Shown here: in pieces, positions 36,792 through 47,656 of the stretch
Layout: each line of letters begins with the position of its first letter
Numbering within the stretch: the stretch's first letter is position 1
Assembly: GCA_030390025.1 (NCBI GenBank)
Contig: JASTWF010000033.1
Location: 5,830,001 to 5,894,000 of the forward strand
Direction: 5' to 3'
Origin: Squalus acanthias
Taxonomy: Eukaryota
DNA: 64,000 nt
Program-made: the position numbers and the translations under genes
Notes under the pieces: model-generated
What the model was told of the DNA's origin: nothing
Databases searched by the model: none
The model's input: the letters and a program-made list of their open reading frames with translations, nothing else

Positions 36792-37454
36792 GTAAACATT
36801 CTAGGAATTCCTCCTCCACGGTATTTTTACTAATTTGGTTAGCCCAATCTATATGTAAATTAAAGTCACCCATGATGACTGCTGTGCCCTTACTGCATGC
36901 TTCTCTAATTTCCCTTTTAATGCCGTCCCCAACCTCCGTATTGCTGTTTGGAGGTCTATATACCACTCCCACTAACGTTTTCTGCCCCTTGTTATTTCTC
37001 AGTTCTACCCATACAGATTCCACATCATCAGAGCTAATATCCTTCCTTTCAATTGTGTTAATCCCCTCTTTAACCAGCAATGCTACCCCACCTCCCTTTC
37101 TTTTTTGCCTATATTTCCTAAATATTGAATAACCCTGCATGTTGAGTTCCCAGCCTTGGCCACCCTGGAGCCATGTTTCTGTAATCCCAATCAAATCGTA
37201 TTCATTTACCTCTATTTGTGCAGCTAATGCATCCACCTTGTTCCGAATGCTCCTTGCATTAAGACACAAAGCCTTCAGGCTTGTTTTTTTAACGCTCTCA
37301 GACCTATATGAATTATTATTTACTGTGACCATGTTTGATTAAAACCGTTGAGTTCTTTGCCTTCTACTTTTGTTTTTCTCCTTCCTGTCTTTAGCTTTTA
37401 TACTTATTTCCCTTTCCTCTGTCTCCCTGCTCAGGTTCCCAACCCCATGCCACT

Positions 37455-38396
37455 TTAGTTTAAACCCTCCCCAACAGCACTAGCAAACACTCCCCCTAGG
37501 ACATCGGTCCCGGCCCTGCCCAGGTGCAGACCGTCCCGTTTGTACTGGTCCCACCTCCCCCAGAACCGGTTCCAATGTCCAAGGAATTTGAATCCCTCCC
37601 CCTTGCACCATTCTTCTAGCCACGTATTCATTTGAAATATCCTCCTATTTCTACTCTGACTAGCATGTGGCACTGGTAGCAATCCTGAGATTACTACCTT
37701 TGAAGTCCTCTTTTTTAATTTACCTCCTAACTCCCTATATTCTGCTTTAAGGACCTCATCCCGTTGTTTACCTATATCGTTGATGCCTATGTGCACCACG
37801 ACAACTGGCTGTTCGCCCACCCCCTCCAAAGTGTTCTGTAGCCGCTCCGAGACGTCCTTGACCCTTGCACCAGGGAGCCAACACACCATCCTGGAGTCTC
37901 GATTGCGGCCGCAGAAACGCCTATCTATTCCCCTTACAATTGAATCCCCTATCACTATAGCTCTTCCACACTTTTTCCTCCCAGCCTGTGCAGCAGAGCC
38001 ACCCATGGTGCCAGGAAGTTGGCTGCTGCCGCCTTCCCCTGATAAGTCATCCCCCCCAACAGCATCCAAAGTGTTTGAGAGGGGAATGGCCACAGGGGAC
38101 CCCTGTACTACCTGCCTGCACCTCTTACTCTGCCTGGTGGTCACCCATTCACTTCCTGCCTGTACACCCTTTACCTGCGTTGTGACCAACTCGCTAAACG
38201 TGTTATTCACGACGTTCTCAGCGTCGCGAATGCTCCAATATGCATCCAGCCGCAGCTCCAGCGCCGCAATGCTGTCCGTCAGTAGCTGCAGCTGGATACA
38301 TTTCCCACACACATGGTCGTCAGGGACACAGGAAGTGTCCCTGATTTCCCACATATTGCAGGAGGAGCATATCACGGCGCCGAGCTCTCCTGACAT
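37455..38396 (-). CDS. CR1 ORF1p (zinc finger, zipper, SGNH esterase)
   Basis: CSSC..CGKC, GDSIVRG, DGLHL; 313 aa. Confidence 0.9.
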   Translation of the reverse strand: MSGELGAVICSSCNMWEIRDTSCVPDDHVCGKCIQLQLLTDSIAALELRLDAYWSIRDAENVVNNTFSELVTTQVKGVQAGSEWVTTRQSKRCRQVVQGSPVAIPLSNTLDAVGGDDLSGEGGSSQLPGTMGGSAAQAGRKKCGRAIVIGDSIVRGIDRRFCGRNRDSRMVCWLPGARVKDVSERLQNTLEGVGEQPVVVVHIGINDIGKQRDEVLKAEYRELGGKLKKRTSKVVISGLLPVPHASQSRNRRIFQMNTWLEEWCKGEGFKFLGHWNRFWGRWDQYKRDGLHLGRAGTDVLGGVFASAVGEGLN

Positions 38397-38899
38397 GACT
38401 TACCCTTTAATTAATTAATTAAAATTAAACTCATTGAATCCCACCAATTTCACTTCAATTAAATGATATACTCAAGGGCCCTTGCTTAACAGCAGTCTCC
38501 GCTAAACCACAGAGACCCTAGAAACTATAAACCACAGAATCATGAGGTGTATAGTCAGAGTAGAGAGAGCGAAACTGTTCCCATTGGCGGAAGGGTCGCG
38601 AACCAGAGGACACAGCTTTAAGGTGATTGGCAGAAGAACCAAAGACGACATTTGGAAAAAAAAATGATGCAACGAGTGGTTCTCATCTGGAATGCCCTGC
38701 CTGAAAAGGTGGTGGAGACAGATTCAATCGTGGCTTTCAAAAGGGAATTGGATAAGTACGTGAAGTAAAATTATCAGGGCTATGGGGACAGGGAAGTGGA
38801 GTGGGACTAGTTGAAGTTCTCTTGCAGAGAGCTGGCACGGGCCCGACGGGCCGAATGGCCTCCTTCTATGCGGTAAATTTATATAATTTTATTATTGAC

Positions 38900-39031
38900 C
38901 TTTGCAATGGAATAGCACTTTAAAATGGAATAGATCTTTTCAATATAATAGCACTTTGCAATGGAATAGCAATTTGCAATATAATAGTCCTTTGCAATGG
39001 ACTAGCACTTTGCAGTATAATTGCGCTTTGC
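38900..39031. repeat. 18-bp tandem repeat, about 7 units
   Basis: CTTTGCAATGGAATAGCA with TGGAAT and TATAAT variants. Confidence 0.8.
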
Positions 39032-40068
39032 GGTGGACTGTGATTTTAAATGGGCTCCACTTGTGTTGCAGGATGGGGTCCCGCCCCGCTGCTTTGTGCC
39101 ATTGTCTGGAGCCGCTCACAGGCTGCGCTGCTGCTCACACATAACCAGGCAGGCAGCACATGGTGCAGGGAGGAAGGAAGGAAGGAATGGCGGCTGCAGC
39201 TCGCCAGCTTGGCTCCTGTGTGTGTGTGAGTGTGGAGCTCAGGACCAAAAGGGGCTGGGGCATTGGAGGGGGTGAAATGCATGTAGGGGGTGATTGATGC
39301 CCCAAGAGATGGGCATGGAGGGAGGGTGAAAAGAAGCAAATAAAATCAAGAATAAATAATAATAATAACATATGTTCTTTACTTCTGTAAATGAAATGTC
39401 TGCATTCTGTGATTTGAGTGGAGTGGAATAAAATGAATGGAAAGATCTCACAGCAGCTTTTGCTCTGAAAACACTCGACAAACATTCTCCAATAGAGCCC
39501 AGTCCAGAAAAATCATCAAATGGATTATTCTGAAAATAATAATAAAATAAATATAATATATATATACTTTGTTTTTACAAAATTCTTGTCTTGTCTTAGT
39601 TGGGTTGGGAATTAAAGGGAGAGTAAAGTCCCACAGCAGGATATGCAAACATTCCACGATAAAGTCCAGTCAAGAAAAAAATCAAATGGCTTGTTGTATA
39701 TATGTAGCTTTGATTTTTACAAGTCTTGAAAGAAAGGCAAAGTAAGATCCCACAGCAGTGCGGTCTGGAATGAAATCAGTATGATCTAATGGTGTATACT
39801 TTCTGTTTTTTTCAGACAACAGATGCAGTACCAATGCACACGGCAGATAAATTGAACACAGACAAGCCCTGCATACACACCAGCTTTTGCTGTCTGTCTC
39901 TCTCTCTCACACACACACACACAAACACAGGCCAGCCTGCAAAATTGCCACACAATGAAAGAAAGCTCTGCTGTGTTTGGCAGTTTAAAAGTAAAAAAAC
40001 ACTTTTCAGTATCTTATCTCTTCATTTTGCGGCCTACTGAATTAGGCTTTATATTCTGCATCAAGAGC

Positions 40069-40300
40069 AAAATACTGCGGATGCTGGAAATCTGAAATTA
40101 AAACAGAAAATGCTGCAAATACTCAGCAGGTCAGGCAGCATCTGTGGAGAGAGAGATAAACAGAATTAATTCAGCTCGATGACCTTTCGTCAGATTCTGA
40201 TCACAGGTCATCGAACTGAAACGTTAACTATGTTTCTCACTCTCTCCACAGACTCCGCCTGAGCTGTTGAGTATTTACAGCATTTCTGTTTTGATTTCTA
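40069..40300. mobile_element. Short palindromic repeat with two decayed hammerhead-like cores (paralogous copy near 50392-50645)
   Basis: Inverted arms around ttcagctcgatgacctttcgtcag / ctgatcacaggtcatcgaactgaaacgttaac. Confidence 0.6.
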
Positions 40301-40366
40301 TTCTGCCTGTTGTCTTAATTTCATGTGTCTCTCTCATTGCCTGCCTGCCTTGTCTTGATTTGAGTG

Positions 40367-41141
40367 TGATGATGCGGAGATGCCGGTGTTGGAAGGGGTG
40401 GACAAAAGTGAGAAGTCGCACAACACCAGGTTATAGTCCAACAGTTTTGTTTGAAATCACAAACTTTCGGAGCAGCTGCCCCTTCGTCAGGTGAAGTGAA
40501 GGAATACGAATCGGCAAAGCATATATAGACAGAGAACAATGCCTGTGTAGCGTACAATGTCAGACGACTACAGTTAATCTATCTGACTGCCTATCATCAC
40601 ACCTCGGCAGAGAAACAATCAGGTCAGTCAGGAAGGCACCACATCAAAGACATAGCAAGATACAACTGAGACAATGAGGTGGGGTCACAGGGGGTCTAAT
40701 GTGTCAAATGCTGCAGTCTGTATGGAAAACCATAAACTTTAAAATTTTTACTCGAGTCGTCGTTGGCTTGTGACAGATGTAATTTCCAGTAAAAAAAGGT
40801 AAAAATGTTAAAGTTTATGGTTTTCCATATAGACTGCATTTGACACATTAGACCCACTGTGACCCCACCTCATTGTCTCAGTTGTATCTTGCTATGTCTT
40901 TGATGTGGTGCCTTCCATGCTGACCTGCTTGTTTCTCTGCCGAGGTGTGATGATAGGCAGTCAGATAGATTAACTGTAGTCGTCTGAGATTGTACGCTAC
41001 ACAGGCATTGTTCTCTGTCTATATATGCTTTGCCGATTCGTTATCCTTCACTTCACCTGACGAAGGGACAGCAGCTCCGAAAGCTTGTGATTTCAAATAA
41101 AGCTGTTGGACTATAACCTGGTGTTTTGCGACTTCTCACTT
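40367..41141 (-). mobile_element. Long fold-back Penelope-type element (arms of about 350 bp) with hammerhead motifs
   Basis: About 40401-40751 is inverted at about 40790-41144; TSD TTGATTTGAGTG; empty paralogous site near 50310-50335. Confidence 0.85.
41053..41088 (+). ncRNA. Hammerhead ribozyme motif (inverted copy near 40457-40494)
   Basis: TCAC-CTGACGA-A-GGGAC..GCTCC-GAAA-GC-TT-GTGA; stem I UCAC/GUGA; stem II imperfect in this arm. Confidence 0.6.
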
Positions 41142-42639
41142 TTGATTTGAGTGGAGTGGAATAAAAAGAATGCAAAGATCCCAGAGCAGCTTTTATTGTC
41201 AGACAGTCCACAAAGACATTTTTCAGTATCTCACTGACTGACTGTCTGTCTTGAAGTAAAGTGAAGTGAAATAAAGTACAATAAAGTGATACACAACAGC
41301 ATTACATTTGAACAAGGCAAGAATGAAATCAACAGGGTTTAATACAACAACAGCAGATAATAAGACAGCCGACCACATCTCACACAAACACAAGCTTTTG
41401 CCCTCTCTCTCTCTCTCTCTCGCTCACACACACACACACACACACACAGCCTGTCCAGCCTGGAGAATGATGACGGCCATGTTGGAAAATTGAAACCAAA
41501 TATACACTTTTCTGTATCTTATCTTTTCACTTTGTGGCCTAAAGAAGCAAGCTTTCTATTCTGCATCTTGCCTTTTGATTTCATGTCTCGCCCTCTCACT
41601 GGCTATCTGTCTGTCTGTCTCTCACTCACACACTCTCCCTCCCATCCAGTGCGAAATAAAACTTAGTGACATGACACACAGATTCTGACATTTGCAGAAA
41701 CACACACACACAGACTCTGCAATTTGTAGAAACTCACACTCACACACACATACAGACACACACACACAGACTCTGCAATTTGCAGAAACTCACACTCACA
41801 CACACACACAGACACGCTCACACAGACTCTGCAATTTGCAGAAACTCACACTCACACACACACATCCAATTTGAAAGGGGTGCAGCCTGGAGTGTCTATT
41901 TTTGATGATGGTCCCTTCCTGGCTGTGCGTCCATGTTTGATGAGGACAATCCAACAGGAAGAAGTGAAGCCGAGGCCCCAGAAATCCGGGTCCCCGAGAC
42001 GAAATGAAAGCCCGGGAGTTGAAAAGAAGTAAATACAATCAGGAATAAATAATATATATACTTTACTTCTGTTAATTAAATGTCTGCCTGTCTGTGGTTT
42101 GCCTGAAGTGTAATAAAATGAATGGAAAGATCGCACAGCAGGTTTTGCTCTGTAAACATCCCAAGGACATTCCCCAATAAAGCCCAGTTCAGAAAAAAAT
42201 CAAATGGATTATTCTGAAAATAATTTTAAAAATATAATATTGTTGAGGCTGCCGCGAAACACGAATGGAGGCTGAATCCATATGTGGAAAACAAGAAACT
42301 TTAATTCACTGCATGGCACACAAAATAGCTGAGAAAGCTGCTCCCAGAATTCACTGGAAAAACCCTGAAGACCCGCCCACTCCTGTTTTAAAGGTAAGGT
42401 TCACCGATATATTGTCCACAGACGGAAAAGTGGGTTATGCCCGTTTAGGTGGCGATACGCCACACAGCTCCCCCCAGAATCCGCTTAGGATGTGTGGACG
42501 AGACGGTGCGGCGGTCTGATGGGCCAGCCGGAGCGGCTCTTGTAGGACGCCGGTGGACGTGGAACGGCCGGGTGTGGAGCAGCGGGGTGAACCGGCTTGA
42601 GGGCAGGTCGGCCGCATGGTGGTGGACGAGCTTAAGGGA

Positions 42640-45620
42640 CTTGCTCACCGGGCTCCGAGTGTGCTGGCTTGAGTCAGTCAACCGACACTTTTTCGATCCT
42701 GTTGCCCACTTGCAGGGTGAAAAATTTGTCCCCAGCCTGTAGCACCTTGTAGGGCCCGTCGTACGGGGGTTGGAGGGGTCCACGGACGAAAACAAACCGT
42801 GCCTGGTGCAGGCTTAGTGGGACGTGTGAGGTGGATTCGCCATGTCGGGCAATGGGCAACGGGGCGAACTGCAGCGCCGGTGAGGCGAAGTCGTGGTGTT
42901 GCTGGTCGGCTGACCAGGGTGTCGTGGCGGTGGGCAGGAACTCGCCGGGTACGTGCAGCGGCTGACCTTACATGAGCTCTGCTGCCGATGCGTGGAGGTC
43001 TTCTTTAACCATGGTGCGCAGGCCGAAGAGGACCCACGGAAGTCGGTCGGTCCAGGCGCCGTCTTGGATGCTGGCTCGAAGAGATGCCTTCAATGATCTG
43101 TGGAACTGCTCACACAGTCCGTTGGCTTGGGGGTGGTATGCTGTGGTGCGGTGAATGGTCACCCCGAGATTGCGTGCAACAGCGGTCCAGAGTTCAGAGG
43201 TAAATTGCGGACCTCTGTCCGACGTCATGTCGGAAGGGACGCCGAACCGTGCGACCCAGGTGCTGACGAAGGCTCTGGCGATGTCGGCGGTGGTGGTAGA
43301 GGTCAGTGGAATTGCCTCAGGCCAGCGTGTGGTGCGGTCAACGATGGTCAGCAAGTGCGTGTGGCCTTGCGACGGCGGCAGGGGCCCGACGATGTCCATG
43401 TAGATGTGGTCGAATCTCCGCGAGGGGACGGTAAACTCGTCGAGGGGTGCTTTGGTGTGTTGCTGTACCTTGGCCCGTTGGCAGGCTAGGCAGCAGTTGG
43501 CCCAAGTACGCACATCCTTGCGAAGGCCGCACCAGACGAAGCGGTTGGCTACCAATTTGATGGATGCGCGGGCACCGGAGTGGGAGAGGTTGTGGAGAAT
43601 GTCGAATACCCGGCGGCGCCAGGACGCTGGGACGACGGGCCGAGGTTGACATAGGGATATGTCGCACTTGACCATGACTGCGGTCGGGCCACAGGCGACG
43701 TCGGCCAGGCGTAGCCCGGGTAGGTTGGTGGGTGCAGAGAGCAGATCAGGGTCGGTGATCTGGTCTGCTGCGAGTTGAGCGTAGTCGACTGCTAGGTGTG
43801 CGGCGTAGATGGCGGGGCGGGAGAGTCAGTCGGCTACCACATTGTCTCGGCCGGAGATGTGTTGGATGTCCGTGGTGAACTCGGACACTGCCGCGAGCTG
43901 GCGCTGCTGCCTGGCAGACCAGGGGTCGGTTGTCTTTGCCATTGCGAATGTCAGGGGCTTGTGGTCGACAAACGCCGTGAAGGGCTGGCCGTCAAGCAAA
44001 AACTGGAACTGGCGGACCGCAAGGAAAAGCGCGAGGAGCTCGCGGTCAAAGGTGCTGTACTTGACCTCCGGGGGGCGTAGTTGGCGGCTGAAGAAGGCAA
44101 GTGGTTGCCAGGCACCGTCGACCCATTGCTCATACATGGCGCCGACCGCGTGGTCGGAGGCGTCCGTGGTGAGCGCTACCCTGGCATTGGTCCGTGGGTG
44201 CGCGAGCAGGGTGGCCGTTGGCGAGCGCGGTCTTGGAGGAGTCGTAGTCGGCTGACGCGTCTGCCGTCCATTCGACTGCCATCTTGCCGCTCCTGCCCCA
44301 GAGGGCTTCATACAGGGTCCTCATGAGGAACGCCGCTTTGGGGATGAAGCTGTCATGAAATTCACCATCCCAAGGAACTCCTGGAGGCCTTTGATGGTGG
44401 TGGGGCAGGGAAATTGTTGGACGGCCTGCACCTTGGTAGGCAGGGGAATGGCCCCAGCATGGGTGATGTGGTGGCCGAGGAAGTCGATCTTGTCCAGGTC
44501 GAACTGGCATTTGGCTGGGCTGAGGATGAGCCCGTGTTTGCTGAGCCGCCCAAACAGGATGCGGAGGTGTTCCAGGTGTTCCTGCTTGGAGGAACTGCCT
44601 ACCAGGATGTCGTCCAGGTAGACGAACAGGAACATCAGGTCCCGAAGGACCGAGTCCATGAGCCGTTGGAATGCCTGGGCCGCGTTTTTGAGGCCGAAGG
44701 GCATCCGCAGGAACTCGAACAGGCCGAAGGGGGTGATTACGGCCATCTTGGGGACGTCCGCGGGGTGGATGGGGACTTGGTGGTAGCCGCGCACCAGGTC
44801 GACCTTGGAAAACACTGAGCGGCTGGCCAGTCTAGCCGAGAAGTCCTGAATGTGCGGCACGGGGTACCGATCAGGGGTGGTGGCGTAATTGAGGCGGCGG
44901 TAATCCCCGCAGGGGCGCCAACCTCCGCCTGGTTTGGGGGCGATGTGGAGTGGGGAGGCCCAGGGACTGTTGGAGCGGCGGATGATGCCGAGCTGTTCCA
45001 TGGTGGCAAACTTGGTCCGCGCGATCTCCAGTTTGGCTGGGTCCAGCCTGCGGGCGTGGGCGTACACTGGGGGGCCTGTGGTGGGGATGAAGTGTTCCAC
45101 CCAGTGTTTGGCGGCCACCGCGGAGACGGTCGGATTGGTAAGGGCCGGGAATTCGGCCAGGAGTGCCGAGTAGTCATCCATGGCCAGGGCGTGGCACTGT
45201 GACGCCATGTCGGCGGGTTGACGGGGGGCCATGGCGCCCAGGATGGGGGACATGGTGTTCATGTCCACGAGGCGGTGACAAGGGATGTCTACCAGTAGGC
45301 CGTGGGTGCACAGGAAATCTGCGCTGATGAGAGGGGAGAGCACCTTGGCAGTGATGAACTCCCATCAGTAGCGGGGACCAGCGAGGGCGAGGGTGACTGT
45401 CCGGGTGCCATACGTCCGGATTTCCGAGCCGTTAGCAGCAGCAAGCGCCGGTCCTCGTACGCCCTTTTGGATGTCGAGGGAGGAGGCCGCGATGATGCTG
45501 TGCTGAGCCCTAGTGTCGCACAGGAACCAGCGGCCGGTTTTGTCATTCGTGACGTACAGCAGGGAGCTAGCGTGTCCCACGGCCTTCGTGGGGGCTTGTA
45601 CGGGGGCGGACTTCAAAGTG
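42640..45620 (-). pseudogene. pol: Gypsy pol (PR-RT-RH-IN), frameshifted
   Basis: ORFs 45365-45616, 44321-45343, 43826-44311, 42968-43675 and 42674-42859 (PYDGPYKV GPY/F motif). Confidence 0.9.
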
Positions 45621-46306
45621 CAGGGAGGTGTGCACCGTTGTGCCCTGGCGCCGAACCGTGCGTGGTAGTAAAAGTGGCCCAGGTTAGTGGGGCGCGAAGG
45701 CCACGTGGGCCTGGTGGTTTATCCTTGTGGCCGCGTGGTGAAGGTGAGGGGCGCGCCCAGGCATTGGCTGCCAGGTCCGGAGTGACGTCGCGGCTGGAGT
45801 GAGCGGACAGCAGCTTGTCGGCCTCATCGGCCAGGGCTTCCAGGTGCGTGAGGCCGGATGCCACGATCGCTGGGCGGATGCTGAGAGGGAGCTGGCGGAT
45901 GAACAGCATGCGGAAGAGGGATCTGGGTGGGCTCTCGTCGGTGAGGGAGTGCATGTGGGAGAGGAGGTCTGACGGTGAGGCATCACCGAGGCCTGGAAGG
46001 TCGAGGAGGTGGCAGTTTCGCTGATATGCCGAGGCCGTAATTTTTTTAAGGAGCGCTGCCTTGAGATGTGCATAATTGCCTTCCTCTGGTTGGTTCTGCA
46101 GCGCTGTCCAAACCTTCGAAACTGTGGCGCTACCGAGTGATGTGATGAGGTAGTCATACTGCGTCCCATCTGTGGTGGTGTTTCACAGCCGGAAGCGGGA
46201 TTTAGCTTGGAGAAACCAGGCTTAGGGCTGGTTTTCCCAAAACTCAGGCAGTTTCACAGAAACTGCGTTCATGTCCGCCATTGCAGTGCTCGAAATACGT
46301 TCTGAG

Positions 46307-46320
46307 CGTCGGGGTCACCA
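46307..46320 (-). promoter_or_regulatory. Primer binding site, tRNA-Trp
   Basis: TGGTGACCCCGACG, 1 nt inside the 5' LTR boundary; matches the well-known Trp PBS. Confidence 0.85.
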
Positions 46321-47438
46321 ATGTTGAGGCTGCCGCGAAACACGAATTAAGACTGAATCCATGTGTGGAAAACAAAGGCTTTTTAATACAACTGCATGGT
46401 CCAAAATGGCTGAACAGACTGCTCCCAGAATTCTCTGGAAAAACCCTGAGGCCATGACCACTCCTTTTCTCCTGCCTTAAAGGCAAGGAGCCTTAAAGGC
46501 AAGTTGCCCGATATTTTGTCCACGGACGGAAAAGTGGATAATGCCCGTTTAGGTGGCGATCCGCCACAATTTGATATTTAACTGGACTTTATTTAACAGG
46601 GGAATGTTTGTTGAGTGTTTCATGGCATTTCCTGTAGTGGGATTTTACTCTCCCCTTCAGCCCAACCCAAACAAGATATTTGTAAAACAAAAGTATGTAT
46701 AAAATATTTTAAATTATTTTCAGAATAATCCATTTGATTTTTTTCTGAACTGGGCTTTATTGGGGAATGTGCTTGTGATGTTTTCAGAGCAAAACATGCT
46801 GTGAGATCTTTCCATTCATTTTATTACATTCCAGGCAAACCACAGACAGGCAGACATTTAGTTCACAGAAGTAAAGTATATATATTATTCTTTATTCCTG
46901 ATTGTATTTACTTCTTTTCACCCTCCCGGGACTTCATTTCCTCTCGGGGACCCGGATTTCTGGGGCCTCGGCTTCACTTCTTCCTGTTTGATTGTCCTCA
47001 TCAAACATGGCCGCACAGCCAGGAAGGAACATCATCAAAAATTGACACTCCAGGCTGAACCCCTTTCAAAATAAATGTGTGTGTGTGAGTGTGAGTTTCT
47101 GCAAATTGCAGTGTCTGTGTGAGTGTGTGTGTCGTGTTCCGGTAAATTTTAGTTCAATGTGGTTAGGAGGGAGACTGTGGGAGTGACAGACAGCCAGACA
47201 GTCAGTGAGAGCGAGAGAGACATGAAATAAAAAGGCAAGTAGCAAAATAGAAAGCCTGTTTCTGTAGGCCACAAAGTGAAATGATAAGATACTGAAAGTC
47301 TCTGTTTGGTTATAATCTTCCAACATGGCAGTCATCCCTCTGCAGGCTGGCCAGGCTGTGAGTGTGTGTGTGGGAGAGAGAGAGAGGGCAAAAGCGGGTG
47401 TTTGTGTGAGATGTGGTCTGCTGCCTTATTACCTGCTG

Positions 47439-47625
47439 AGAAGTCGCACATCACCAGGTTATAGCCCAACAGATTTATTTAAAAATACGAGAATTCGGAG
47501 CTGTTACCTTTACCTGACGAAGGGGCAACAGCTCCGAAAGCTCGTAAATTTGTTGGACCATAACCTGGTGTTGTGCGACTTCTCATTTTTGTCCACCCCA
47601 GTCCAATATCGGCATATATGCATCA
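47439..47625 (+). mobile_element. Fold-back Penelope-type insertion with a hammerhead at about 47508-47547
   Basis: 13-bp TSD TTATTACCTGCTG; TTTAC-CTGACGA-A-GGGGC-aaca-GCTCC-GAAA-GC-TC-GTAAA. Confidence 0.85.
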
Positions 47626-47656
47626 TTATTACCTGCTGTTGTGGTATTAAACCATA

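Larger units (their letters stand above)
34213..38537 (-). mobile_element. Near full-length CR1 LINE, same subfamily as 3712-7056
   Basis: ORF1 37455-38396; ORF2 pieces 36784-37332, 36053-36520 and 34313-36052; TSD AATCAT. Confidence 0.95.
26890..38875 (+). mobile_element. Old CR1 LINE split into four pieces (about 26890-28186, 32741-32851, 33622-34212, 38538-38875) by younger insertions
   Basis: ORF2 homology resumes collinearly across each insertion (VVYM | KAFDKV; DRK | RVVV; FKI | MRGI). Confidence 0.8.
39330..42240 (+). repeat. Non-coding duplicated unit of about 1.9 kb (forward copies)
   Basis: 39330-39560 recurs at 42020-42240; the block matches the reverse complement of 46569-47656 and 50132-51995. 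Confidence 0.8.
42241..46568 (-). mobile_element. Gypsy/Ty3 LTR retrotransposon, Mag-like, degraded; LTRs 46322-46568 (5') and 42241-42464 (3')
   Basis: TG..CA LTRs, PBS, PPT ggggggag, gag AVSVKLPEFW, FLCDT protease, DLVRGYHQ/YLDD RT, DASD RNase H, SDRGPQF integrase. Confidence 0.92.

Noticed and set aside
38902..39144. 80-aa repeat protein and bacterial -10 TATAAT boxes
   Set aside because: By-product of the 18-bp repeat in vertebrate DNA
42241..46568. Bacterial contamination suggested by high GC
   Set aside because: LTRs, PBS, PPT and Gypsy pol domains explain the whole segment
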